From: an uncultured Bacteroidales bacterium
GTDB lineage: Bacteria; Bacteroidota; Bacteroidia; Bacteroidales; Bacteroidaceae
NCBI GenBank assembly: GCA_902779875.1
Contig: CACZCX010000001.1
Location: forward strand, 10,930 to 74,929
DNA length: 64,000 bases
Direction of reading: 5' to 3'
How positions within the stretch are numbered: the first letter of the stretch is position 1; each line of letters opens with the position of its first letter. Below are positions 17,014 to 26,443 of this stretch, piece after piece. Position numbers and translations under genes: made by a program. A model generated the notes under the pieces. The model was given only the letters and a program-made list of their open reading frames with translations, had not been told where the DNA came from and did no database searches.

Positions 17014-19006
17014 ATAGTGTAGCGTATTTGTGGCCGTAGTCAAGCTGCTGCTTAAGGTAGTCATCGTTGTAGATTACCTCATAATCCACGACCTTGCCGT
17101 CCTTCATGACCGGAACGATATCAGGGTTGATGAAACCTCCGTAAGGTTTGAGGTTCAGGGCCTCATAACGCTGCTTTATCTCCTTGTGGAGTTCGGGATC
17201 TATGTTCACGGCGTAGGTCTCGATAAGGTATTTGCCGGCCTCGTAGTCTCCCTCGGACTTTATGCGCTGTATCTCTGCCAGCAGTTCACCGAACAGGAGG
17301 CGCAGCTTGTCAAAGTCATTGACCACGAAATAGGTCTTGCCGTCACGGACCTTCTTCTCTATGACGTTGTCCTTGAGTCCCTTCTCATAGCACCACTCGG
17401 ATATGAGCTTGCGGTTCTGCATGTGGGCCTCGGTATTGGGACGTCCCAGTTCCACACGTGTGAACTGTTCTATCAGACCGTTGCGGATATATTTGGAGTA
17501 TCCAGCCTTGTAGGCCTCCTTATCGGGCATAATTCCCAGTTCCACCATCTTGGGGTCAGCTATGTAGTAGAGTCCGAAAAGGTCGGCACGAGCCTCCTCC
17601 AGGGCCGATGAATACTCACCCATGGCAGTGGTCGATACTCCCGGCAGAAGCTGTCCCGAACCATGGCCCAGACACTCGTGCAGGTCGGTATGAATCTCAT
17701 CGGCATAAGAACCCCACTTAAGGTACAACTCTTTCTCCTCTTCATCCCATGCGAACTCGTCGAGAGTGCTTTTGGGGGATTCCTGTGCCGCATAGGTATA
17801 AGCGTGTGTTATGTTGGCTATGGTCACCGACTTGCTTCCGTACATCTTGCGTATCCAGTCTGCGTTGGGCAGGTTAATTCCTATGGGAGTGGCAGGATAG
17901 GAGTCACCGGCCAGGCAGACGGCGTTCACCACCTTGGCCGATATACCGGTGCATTTGGCCTTCTTGAACCTGGCATCCACGGGTGAGTTGTCCTCAAACC
18001 ACTGCGCGTTGGCGCTAAGTATGTCGGAACGCTCCGATGCCTTATGGTCCTTTATGTTCACATAACCCTCCCAGGCTCCCTTTCGGCCCAGCGGGTCGTT
18101 ATAATCCTCCACGAATCCGTTTATGAAGTCAACGGTACCTATGGTATCCTTGACCCATTCTATGTTGAACTCATCCCATACCTTGAGGTCGCCGGTCTCG
18201 TAGTATTTTACAAGCAGCCCCAGGGCACGTTTCTGAATGTCATTCTCGGCGCACTCGGCAGCCAGCCTGAGTTCCCCGCATATCTTGGTTATGGCAGGTC
18301 CGTACATGCCGTCAATCTTCCAGGGAATCTCCACGATATTGCCGTCGGCATCCTTTGTAACCTTGGTGTTCAGGCCATAGGCGATGGGAGTCTCATCGGT
18401 CTTGTCCTCAACGGATTCGTAGTATTTCTCAACTTCGGCACGGGTTACGCCCTCGTAGAAGTTGCCTGCCGACAGGACTACTATGTCACCGTCAGTTGAT
18501 GTCGAGCGGCGCTGCTGCAGGGTGTTGGGATCATAGATGAGGGGAAGCAGCTCTGCGCATTTGTCACCCTCGCCCACAGCCTCCATCAGAGACTTGAAAT
18601 ACTCCTGTGAGCACTCCGGGAAGAACTTGTCCTCGGCATAGTGATGATGTATGCCGTTGGCAAAGAAGAGCCTTTTTGCATACACTGTGAACTGTTCAAA
18701 GTCCTTGGTGTTACGGTCACCCTTGTAATTTTCAAGGATGTTCTCAACCACGTGACGTATGGGCAGGTTCCATTTGCAGTTCTGGTCCCAATGGATGTCA
18801 CGGCCCCATTTGGCAGCTTCGGCCAGATGGAAGGCATACTCTTTCTGCTGCAGGGTCAGCTCGTCCCAGCCGGGTATGGTGAAACGCATCACCTTGAGGT
18901 CGGCAAACTCGTCAAGCAGATACTTGAAATCACTTTTCTTCTCTCCACAACCGGCTGTGATTGCCAGCAATCCGGATATCATCATAATTCTAACAATAGA
19001 TTTCAT
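17012..19006 (-). CDS. Dipeptidyl-peptidase III family metallopeptidase (M49), lipoprotein
   Basis: Zinc motifs HECLGH (HExxGH) and EEARAD (EExR[AK][ED]). Lipobox LLAITAGC. Confidence 0.85.
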   Translation of the reverse strand: MKSIVRIMMISGLLAITAGCGEKKSDFKYLLDEFADLKVMRFTIPGWDELTLQQKEYAFHLAEAAKWGRDIHWDQNCKWNLPIRHVVENILENYKGDRNTKDFEQFTVYAKRLFFANGIHHHYAEDKFFPECSQEYFKSLMEAVGEGDKCAELLPLIYDPNTLQQRRSTSTDGDIVVLSAGNFYEGVTRAEVEKYYESVEDKTDETPIAYGLNTKVTKDADGNIVEIPWKIDGMYGPAITKICGELRLAAECAENDIQKRALGLLVKYYETGDLKVWDEFNIEWVKDTIGTVDFINGFVEDYNDPLGRKGAWEGYVNIKDHKASERSDILSANAQWFEDNSPVDARFKKAKCTGISAKVVNAVCLAGDSYPATPIGINLPNADWIRKMYGSKSVTIANITHAYTYAAQESPKSTLDEFAWDEEEKELYLKWGSYADEIHTDLHECLGHGSGQLLPGVSTTAMGEYSSALEEARADLFGLYYIADPKMVELGIMPDKEAYKAGYSKYIRNGLIEQFTRVELGRPNTEAHMQNRKLISEWCYEKGLKDNVIEKKVRDGKTYFVVNDFDKLRLLFGELLAEIQRIKSEGDYEAGKYLIETYAVNIDPELHKEIKQRYEALNLKPYGGFINPDIVPVMKDGKVVDYEVIYNDDYLKQQLDYGHKYATL

Positions 19007-19008
19007 AT

Positions 19009-19950
19009 TTATCCTTTTTTACTTTTCAGTCCCGATAATATCACACCGCCAAGTATCAGGGCGGATCCCGTGCCCGATGTCACCGACATGCTCTCGCCAA
19101 GGAATATGATGGCGCCAATGAGAGTGAACACCGGGTTCAAATATACATAGTTTGTGGCAGTTACGTTTCCGATAACCAACATAATCCTGTTCCAGAGCGC
19201 AAAGCAGAACAGTGATGCTATGGTTGACAGGAACAGAAGGTTTCCCCACACCTGTATGCTGTCAAACCGTACCATGGCCAGGTTTGAGTTATCGGACAGG
19301 AAGAGTACGGGCATGATGGTGAGCAGTCCGTAGAAGAACACCTTGCGGGTGGCGAACAGCGTGCCGTAGCGGTTGGTCATCTGCCCCATGAACTGGCTGT
19401 AGAAAGCCCAGCTCAGGGCTGCCGTAAAGGCCAGCAGGTCACCCTTGGGCGACAGGTTCAGGCTGGTGCCGTCAAATATCACCATCACCATACCCGACAG
19501 AGCCAGCACGGTACCGGCAATAAGTGGGAACCTAACCTTGACATGCTCCAGTTCGCTTATGATCCTGCTCTTTACGGTATGTTTCAGAACAAGCGTGAGC
19601 AGTATGGTTAGAAGCGGAGCCACACAGACTATGAACGATACGTTGCAGGCCTGCGTATATTTGAGTGCCGTGTTCTCGGTAAGGAAATAGAGTGAGCCGC
19701 CGGCTATACCCATAAGCAGGAACAGCAGTTCATGGCGCAGGCTGCGGGAGAATAACCTCCTGTACTCCCCTCCCCGTATAAGGCAGGCGGTGAGCAGTCC
19801 CGTATAGGCTATCACGAATCTGATGGTGAATATCTGCGCCGGTGAGAGTCCCTGGTTTATGAGTGTCTTGGTCGATACGAAAGTCACTCCCCAGAGAGCC
19901 ATCGTCATGAAAGCAAGTGCATGGTATAGAAATATTCCCTCTTTTTTCAT
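19009..19950 (-). CDS. EamA/DMT-superfamily transporter
   Basis: 313 aa with about 10 hydrophobic helices in two EamA-like halves. It lies 7 nt after the GT2 stop and 2 nt before the DPP3 start. Confidence 0.75.
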   Translation of the reverse strand: MKKEGIFLYHALAFMTMALWGVTFVSTKTLINQGLSPAQIFTIRFVIAYTGLLTACLIRGGEYRRLFSRSLRHELLFLLMGIAGGSLYFLTENTALKYTQACNVSFIVCVAPLLTILLTLVLKHTVKSRIISELEHVKVRFPLIAGTVLALSGMVMVIFDGTSLNLSPKGDLLAFTAALSWAFYSQFMGQMTNRYGTLFATRKVFFYGLLTIMPVLFLSDNSNLAMVRFDSIQVWGNLLFLSTIASLFCFALWNRIMLVIGNVTATNYVYLNPVFTLIGAIIFLGESMSVTSGTGSALILGGVILSGLKSKKG

Positions 19951-19957
19951 GTATGTG

Positions 19958-20767
19958 TCAGTTGGTTATAAAATCCTTAAGCCCCATAATCCATCCTTTT
20001 TTGAGAACCATGAGATTTATCTCACAGCGGAAAGGACGGAACAGATCATGGTCTTTAGCGTATTTCTTGAATGTCTTGAGCGAGCGTATCCTGTTCCTGT
20101 AGCGGTTACGGTCTCTTTTACGGCTTACGCTTGAAGGCATTATGTTGTAATGGTAGAGTGTGGTAGTGTCCGATGCTATCCGGCGGGCCGATATAAGGGC
20201 GCAGGCCAGGAAGCAGGTGTCTTCGGCACTGTGTGTATCGGGAAAACAGATGCCGTTGTCCGTAAGGAAAGACCTTCTGTAAATAAAGGTGGTGAAATAT
20301 GATACGTAATGTCTCAGGAACGCTTTCTTATGCCGGCGGGTGAATTCTCCGCTCTCTGTCTCAGGGTTGCGTCTTATCTGGTTGGGGCGGTCCTGATAAT
20401 CAAAGGAGATATTGCAGTACGCCAGATCGGCATTCTCTTTTACGGCTGCGTCATACAGTTTCAGGCAGAAATCGGGCTCAATCCGGTCATCACTGTCCAC
20501 GAACGCAATATAATCAGCGCTTGCCGCCGCTATTCCCGTATTGCGGGCTGCACCCGGTCCCTTGTTCGTGCCGTTATCGGCAAACACGATATTCATGTCA
20601 GGGTGGTTTCCGGCAAAAGCGCGGGCCCTGTCAATGCTGTCATCATGGCCATGGTCATCAACCAACACGATCTCCAGGTCTGTGAGGGTCTGGCTGCGCA
20701 GAGACTCAAGGCAGGGGATAATGTAATCACCTGCATTATAAACCGGTATGATGACTGACACCTTCAT
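19958..20767 (-). CDS. Glycosyltransferase family 2
   Basis: MKVSVIIPVYNAGDYI..., VDDHGHDDS and FVDSDD (DxD) motifs. Confidence 0.85.
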   Translation of the reverse strand: MKVSVIIPVYNAGDYIIPCLESLRSQTLTDLEIVLVDDHGHDDSIDRARAFAGNHPDMNIVFADNGTNKGPGAARNTGIAAASADYIAFVDSDDRIEPDFCLKLYDAAVKENADLAYCNISFDYQDRPNQIRRNPETESGEFTRRHKKAFLRHYVSYFTTFIYRRSFLTDNGICFPDTHSAEDTCFLACALISARRIASDTTTLYHYNIMPSSVSRKRDRNRYRNRIRSLKTFKKYAKDHDLFRPFRCEINLMVLKKGWIMGLKDFITN

Positions 20768-20771
20768 GCTT

Positions 20772-21623
20772 TTACCTGTTTTTTGACAGTTTCTTCCTGA
20801 GCTTGTACGGCCAGCGTGAAATGCGCTGCGGAACCTTTATTATCCACCTTATTATCTTATTGCCGAGAAAAGCCAGCCTGTCCGTAAAGCCGAACCGGGG
20901 TTTTTCAAGGCCGCGTATGGAGTAGGCCTCGTTTATGAGAGCGTCAATCCTTGCCTTCTGCATGCCGCGCTGGGGCTCAAAGAACTTTACTGCCCAATCC
21001 GGTGTGGTATAGAATCGGGCAAACCATGAATGCATGCAGATCCTGTTGCCTTCGGGGTCCAGCAGGATTGTGGTTGTGCCGTCATCATGACGTTGGGACG
21101 GCAGATACAGAGTCTTGAAATTGAATGCCATCCACAGGAAGAACCGGTAGTAGGGTTCCTGGTCATCGCGTCCGAAATCATATCTGGTCTCAAGCCTTTC
21201 CTTGGGGAACGACGATATCATCTGCTCCTTATGCTCCAGGTAGTTGAACTCCTTGACAGCCTTCCTGCTGAAAGCGGTACGTATGAGCTTGAGATTCAGG
21301 ATATTGAAGAACGGGTTCGTGACAATGGGATTTGCCACACGCGGGCAGAATCCGCCGCCGTCGGGACAACCGGCATTGGCATATCCGCCTTCCACCACAT
21401 AGTCAACCAACCTGAACATGGCATCGGGATCGGTAATGAAAGCGTCCTCATCAATATTAATGGCCACATCACACTCCTCATCCTTGAGCATGGTGTAGAA
21501 ATAGCCGTCGGCAGACTGGTCAGTGAGTCTTACCACCGGTATTCCCAATGTCTCATACAGTCCTCTTGAGTATCTGTAGAGTTTCAGGTCAAATGAGCGT
21601 GTAAATATCTTTATTCTGTTCAT
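20772..21623 (-). CDS. Hypothetical protein in the glycopolymer locus (no family recognised)
   Basis: 283-aa ORF embedded with 3-4 nt spacers between two GT2 genes. It contains an acidic INIDEDAF motif and a basic C-terminus. Confidence 0.55.
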   Translation of the reverse strand: MNRIKIFTRSFDLKLYRYSRGLYETLGIPVVRLTDQSADGYFYTMLKDEECDVAINIDEDAFITDPDAMFRLVDYVVEGGYANAGCPDGGGFCPRVANPIVTNPFFNILNLKLIRTAFSRKAVKEFNYLEHKEQMISSFPKERLETRYDFGRDDQEPYYRFFLWMAFNFKTLYLPSQRHDDGTTTILLDPEGNRICMHSWFARFYTTPDWAVKFFEPQRGMQKARIDALINEAYSIRGLEKPRFGFTDRLAFLGNKIIRWIIKVPQRISRWPYKLRKKLSKNR

Positions 21624-21626
21624 GTG

Positions 21627-22703
21627 TCATTTAAAGAACTTGACGAACAGGGCGGTCATGATCCTGTTCACGAATCGGTTAAAAGCCTCGAACCATGCCG
21701 GCCAGCGTTTGTGGTGCCTGCGCCAGTACCTGAGAGCATTGAATCTTATGATCTTGTTCTCCGGGTACAGACGTACCGTACCCAGTCCGTATTTGAGGGT
21801 CACGCCGGTAAGGTATGACTCCAACTCCGTAAAATGCTCCGTGTCAAACATATTGCGCGGTATGTCGAGCAGGTGACACTTAAGCATTATGCGAACCCTG
21901 TTGAGGTAGTACTGCCTTATGAACCTGAGCCTCTCCCCGGAGAGCGTCTGAAGGTCATAGGACTCCAGGAACTCAATCAGCTTGCGGGTCATGAGCTCCA
22001 TCTGGTCCAGGCTGCGTGCCAGGACCTTGGGGTCCATGGTCTGTCCCTCACGTGCCAGGTTATACTGGTAGAGGTTTATGTCGAGGAATGTTATGTCCTT
22101 GGCGCGGAATACCGGATAGCATGACCACTCGGTATCGGTATATGAGATTCCCTCGGTCTGACGGTAACCCATGTCACGCAGCATCTGAGTGCGGTAGGTG
22201 ATGGAGTGCATCAGGAAGAACCTTATGTATCCGTCACTGAGCACGCTGTCCAGGTCATACGCCTTACCGTACTCATAAGGCTCCTTGCCGTATACGTTGT
22301 ATTTGGTAACCTGACGCGAGCCGTCCTCTGATATGGTGTTGAAATGGGTTATGACCATATCGGTCGCGGCATTCTCAAGTGCATCGAGGAATTCCACGAG
22401 CGCACGGCTGTCAAACCAGTCATCGGAATCAAGGATCTTTACGTATCGGCCTTGAGCAACCGGCAGGGCGGCGTTAATGGTGGAGCCGTAGTTGCCGTTG
22501 GGCTTGTCTATCACCGTGACTGAGTCAGGGAAACGCTCCTTGTATGAGTTGGCCACCGCCAGTGAGTTGTCCTTGCTGCCGTCATTGACTACCATGGCCT
22601 CGATGCGTGAGAGGGCACCATCTACCAGGAGCGAGTCAAGACAGCGTGGAAGCAGGGCCTCCATGTTGTAGGTAGGTATTATTATGGACAGCAGTTTGCT
22701 CAT
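21627..22703 (-). CDS. Glycosyltransferase family 2
   Basis: LSIIIPTYNME, VNDGSKDNS and ILDSDD motifs. 4-nt overlap with glf. Confidence 0.85.
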   Translation of the reverse strand: MSKLLSIIIPTYNMEALLPRCLDSLLVDGALSRIEAMVVNDGSKDNSLAVANSYKERFPDSVTVIDKPNGNYGSTINAALPVAQGRYVKILDSDDWFDSRALVEFLDALENAATDMVITHFNTISEDGSRQVTKYNVYGKEPYEYGKAYDLDSVLSDGYIRFFLMHSITYRTQMLRDMGYRQTEGISYTDTEWSCYPVFRAKDITFLDINLYQYNLAREGQTMDPKVLARSLDQMELMTRKLIEFLESYDLQTLSGERLRFIRQYYLNRVRIMLKCHLLDIPRNMFDTEHFTELESYLTGVTLKYGLGTVRLYPENKIIRFNALRYWRRHHKRWPAWFEAFNRFVNRIMTALFVKFFK

Positions 22704-23797
22704 ATGTTCATAGAAAGGACTTTCTCTACGATCTGATGCATGTCATAGTACTTGTACTCGGCCAGTCGTCCTCCGAATATGACGTTGGGCTGACCGGCGG
22801 CAAGTTCCGCATACCTGGCGTAGAGGGAGTTGTTACGTTCGTTGTTGATGGGATAGTAGGGCGATGCACCCTTCTCCCATTTGCGTGAATACTCGTAGGT
22901 TATTACGGTGTCGGGCTGTTTGCCGAACTCAAAATGCTTGTGTTCTATGCAACGGGTGTAGGGTATCTCCGCCTCGGTGTAGTTAACCACTGCATTGCCC
23001 TGGAAATCGCTCACGCCCTCCATAAGCTTGTGCTCGAAACGGAGCGAACGAAAATCCAGCTCTCCCAGACGGTAACCGAAATAGGCATCGATCTGACCGG
23101 TAAAGAGGGTCTTCTCAGCCAGGGAGTCAAAATATTCGCGGTTCTCAAAGTAGTCGGTATCGAGCCTGACCTCTATTCCCTCGAGCAGTTTGCGGAATAT
23201 AGGGGTGTAGCCGCCTATGGGTATACCCTGGTATGTGTCGTTGAAATAGTTGTTGTTGAACTCGAACCGGAACGGCAGACGGCGTATCACGAAAGCCGGG
23301 ATCTCTGTGGCTTTCATGCCCCACTGCTTCTCGGAGTAGCCCTTGACCAGGGTCTCATATATATCCCTGCCGGCCAGTTTGAGCGCCTGCTCCTCCAGGT
23401 TCCGCGGCTCGGTTATATGGGCAAACTCAGCCCTCTGGCTCTCGATTATGGCCTTAGCCTCATCGGGAGTGTTCACGCCCCACAGCTGGTGGAATGTGTT
23501 CATGTTGAAGGGAAGGTTGTAGCGCTTGCCCCTGTAGCATGCTATAGGTGAGTTTATGAAGTCGTTGAATGGAACCAGGCTGTTCATGAAATCCCACACC
23601 TGGCGGTTTGACGTGTGGAATATGTGCGGTCCGTACTTGTGTACGTTTATGCCGTTTATCTCCTCGGTATAGCATCCCCCCGCAATATGGGGGTTACGGT
23701 CTATGACAAGACACCGCTTGCCCGCCTTATGTGCGCGGTAGGCGAACATGCTGCCATAGAGTCCGGCTCCTACTATGAGATAATCGTACTGTTTCAT
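22700..23797 (-). CDS. glf: UDP-galactopyranose mutase
   Basis: FAD fold YDYLIVGAGLYGSMFA, HKYGPHIFHT and C-terminal GGRLAEYKYYDM. Length 365 aa. Confidence 0.92.
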   Translation of the reverse strand: MKQYDYLIVGAGLYGSMFAYRAHKAGKRCLVIDRNPHIAGGCYTEEINGINVHKYGPHIFHTSNRQVWDFMNSLVPFNDFINSPIACYRGKRYNLPFNMNTFHQLWGVNTPDEAKAIIESQRAEFAHITEPRNLEEQALKLAGRDIYETLVKGYSEKQWGMKATEIPAFVIRRLPFRFEFNNNYFNDTYQGIPIGGYTPIFRKLLEGIEVRLDTDYFENREYFDSLAEKTLFTGQIDAYFGYRLGELDFRSLRFEHKLMEGVSDFQGNAVVNYTEAEIPYTRCIEHKHFEFGKQPDTVITYEYSRKWEKGASPYYPINNERNNSLYARYAELAAGQPNVIFGGRLAEYKYYDMHQIVEKVLSMNI

Positions 23798-23809
23798 TTG
23801 ATATCCTCT

Positions 23810-24637
23810 TTACAGGTTGACGTGGCAGTCCGATGTATCAACGCACACGAACTTGGCGTGGATTCGTCTCTTCTCCTTGGGCGGGACAGCCATATAGTCT
23901 CCGTACATATCCTTGAGTCGGGCATCAGGGTTCTTGGGAGCGGGATACATCCTTCCCTCAAACAGGATCTCCGACGGGGGTGTCATCTCTGACTGCAGGG
24001 TGGGATAGCCGTATATGAGACGGTCTATCGGCGTAAGCTCGCGGTCTTTTTTTGAGAACAGGCATATCAGTTTCCATATGCCCTTGAACAGGACATAGGA
24101 GACAGGGAACACAAAGTATGAGATTATGTTCCTGAATGAGAGCCTGGCATGATAGTGAAAGAATCCGTGTGCCTTGCATATGCGTTTGCGCATGAACTTG
24201 AGCAATCCCTTGGGAACCGAAGGATAGGGAACATCGGCAAACACATCGATAGATACACCTTTATGATAATTACTGCGGAAATCATCAAAATCATGGATGA
24301 ACAGGGTGTTGTCCTTGCGGATCTTGAACAGGCCGTCGCCCATGCATGACTCGGGGTCGGTCACCTCAGTCTGCATGAAATAGCCTTTGGCGAGCTTGTC
24401 TGCGCCTATGGACTTGAACTTCAGCCAATCAGCCAACGGCATGCTCACGTCAATGTCATCGTCCCAGGGAATGAAACCCTTATGACGGACAGCGCCGAGC
24501 AGTGTGCCAAAGTCCAGCCAATAGACCAGACCGTTCTCCCTGCATACGCGGTCAAACTCATTCAGGACATCGATGGATGCCAGCTGAGCCTTGCGTAACG
24601 GAGTCTCCGGGCCGTTGTATTCTGAGTAATCTTCCAT
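23810..24637 (-). CDS. LicD-family phosphotransferase (paralog 1)
   Basis: LDFGTLLGAVRHKGFIPWDDDIDV signature. Confidence 0.85.
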   Translation of the reverse strand: MEDYSEYNGPETPLRKAQLASIDVLNEFDRVCRENGLVYWLDFGTLLGAVRHKGFIPWDDDIDVSMPLADWLKFKSIGADKLAKGYFMQTEVTDPESCMGDGLFKIRKDNTLFIHDFDDFRSNYHKGVSIDVFADVPYPSVPKGLLKFMRKRICKAHGFFHYHARLSFRNIISYFVFPVSYVLFKGIWKLICLFSKKDRELTPIDRLIYGYPTLQSEMTPPSEILFEGRMYPAPKNPDARLKDMYGDYMAVPPKEKRRIHAKFVCVDTSDCHVNL

Positions 24638-25680
24638 TATAGTATGTTCTTTACTATTTCAAGTGTATCGGGGATGCCCTGGGTAACCGGAATCATCGGT
24701 TTCCATCCCAGTTTCTTTATGGCGGTGTTGTCGAGACGTGTCGACTCGTTGGGGGAGAATGCACGCTTCTCGCTCTCATCGGCCTCATGGTAAACCACGT
24801 TCACATGTCCGGCGCGTGCGGTGATCTCAGCCAGCTCACGTATGGAGATGAAACTGTTCTCATCCGATATATTGTATGCCTGCCCGCTCTCTCCGTAGAA
24901 CAGGGCAAAGAGCAGGGCCGATACGCAGTCGGCCACGTGGCAGTAACTGCGGCTCTGGGTCCCGGCGCTCTTGAGCACTATGTCCTGACCGCTTACGGCA
25001 TTCCTTATGAACTGGACGTAGACGCGGTTATCGGCCTTGGTGAAAGCGGGGCCGTAGGTGTGTGACGGACGTACGGTAACCACATCGGTCCCGAACTGTG
25101 CATGATAGCATGCACACAGGTTCTCGGCGGCTCTCTTGGAGGTGGGATAGCAGGAACGGGGAGCGGTCACGTCCACATATCCGCTGTCATGCTCCTTCCA
25201 CTCTGTCGGGCTGTCGCTCTCTCCGTAGACTTCGGCCGATGATACGTATAACATACGCTCCATGCCGTGGGCTGTCCCGTAACGGAGCAGGTTGTCCGTT
25301 CCCAGTATGGTGCCGCGCAGGGTTCCTACAGGGTCCGATGAGAACGCTGCCGGGAAGGAGAATCCGGCCGCATGGATTATGTACTGGAATAAGATGTCGG
25401 AGTTGACAGGCTCCGTGAGGTCCTGAACCATGAAATGGAAACGGGGATTCTCCCAGTAGGAGGCAAACCTCTTCCTGGCACCCTCCTCGCTGCGTCCGCA
25501 TATCCATACCTGGTAGCCGGCCTGTCCGTTTGACATAAGTACGTCAACCAGGAAAGATCCTATCATTCCGGTGGCTCCGGTCACGAGGATATTCTTTCCC
25601 TCCAACCGTTTCCAGGGGAACTCATCGGACAGGACACGTTCCATGTACTGCCTGTATAATCCTATCTCAGTGAGACTCAT
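24637..25680 (-). CDS. NAD-dependent epimerase/dehydratase-type (extended) SDR
   Basis: Rossmann motif VTGATGMIGSFL and catalytic YPTSK. The ATG at 25680 forms an ATGA overlap with the upstream stop. The longest ORF begins at a TTG (25689). Confidence 0.8.
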   Translation of the reverse strand: MSLTEIGLYRQYMERVLSDEFPWKRLEGKNILVTGATGMIGSFLVDVLMSNGQAGYQVWICGRSEEGARKRFASYWENPRFHFMVQDLTEPVNSDILFQYIIHAAGFSFPAAFSSDPVGTLRGTILGTDNLLRYGTAHGMERMLYVSSAEVYGESDSPTEWKEHDSGYVDVTAPRSCYPTSKRAAENLCACYHAQFGTDVVTVRPSHTYGPAFTKADNRVYVQFIRNAVSGQDIVLKSAGTQSRSYCHVADCVSALLFALFYGESGQAYNISDENSFISIRELAEITARAGHVNVVYHEADESEKRAFSPNESTRLDNTAIKKLGWKPMIPVTQGIPDTLEIVKNIL

Positions 25681-26387
25681 TTGAACCAACTCTCTTTCTT
25701 GCAGGTGAGCAAAGCCTTGAAAATCTCTATATCCTCAGGTGTGGTCAGCTTTACGTTCTTCTCGGAACCGGCTGAGAACCATACCTTGCGCCCCAGTTCC
25801 ACGAACAGGGTACATGAGGCGATTGAGTTCGTGATACCCTTCTGCTGAGCCTCTTCATGGGCACTGGCCAGGTCGCCTATGCGGAATGCCTGTGGGGTCT
25901 GTGTCCTCTTGAGCGAGTCGCGGTCGTAAAGGTCATCGGAACTCTTGCCGTCAGTCGTGGTGAGCATAGCCTCGGCACAGGGAATCACCGTTATGGCATT
26001 GCCATGCTGGCGGCATACGCTTATGCAGTCGGATATTATCTTGTCCGATATCATAGGCCTGATGGAGTCATGAATGAGCACTATATCATCATCCTTATGG
26101 CGTGAGCGTACATCCATCAGTCCGTTGCGGATGGACTCCTGTCCGCATTTGCCTCCGTTCACTATATTCTCCAGCTTGGTGATGTTGAACTGTTTGCAGT
26201 AAGCGCGCAGTATCTCATGCCATCCTTCTATGCATACCACCTCGATGGCATCGATCTCAGGATGATTCTGGAAAGCTTCCAGGGTATAGAGGATTACAGG
26301 CTTGTCGAATACATTCAGGAACTGTTTGGGTATGTCCTGCTGCATCCTGGCTCCCGATCCGCCCGCTATGATTATTGCTATGTTCAT
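25677..26387 (-). CDS. IspD/TarI-family cytidylyltransferase (candidate polyol-phosphate cytidylyltransferase)
   Basis: MNIAIIIAGGSGARM...PKQF N-terminus typical of the IspD/TarI family. It is a second paralog besides the gene at 51195-51899. Confidence 0.8.
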   Translation of the reverse strand: MNIAIIIAGGSGARMQQDIPKQFLNVFDKPVILYTLEAFQNHPEIDAIEVVCIEGWHEILRAYCKQFNITKLENIVNGGKCGQESIRNGLMDVRSRHKDDDIVLIHDSIRPMISDKIISDCISVCRQHGNAITVIPCAEAMLTTTDGKSSDDLYDRDSLKRTQTPQAFRIGDLASAHEEAQQKGITNSIASCTLFVELGRKVWFSAGSEKNVKLTTPEDIEIFKALLTCKKESWFK

Positions 26388-26411
26388 ATCTTTACCGGTT
26401 CTTTATGTTTC

Positions 26412-26419
26412 CAAAGATA
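26412..26419 (-). promoter_or_regulatory. Internal -7 promoter box (TATCTTTG) within the glycopolymer locus
   Basis: Exact TAnnTTTG on the minus strand in the only >20-nt gap of the locus, 24 nt upstream of the ATG at 26387. Confidence 0.45.
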
Positions 26420-26443
26420 GTCAAAAGTTCATTATGTACCGAC

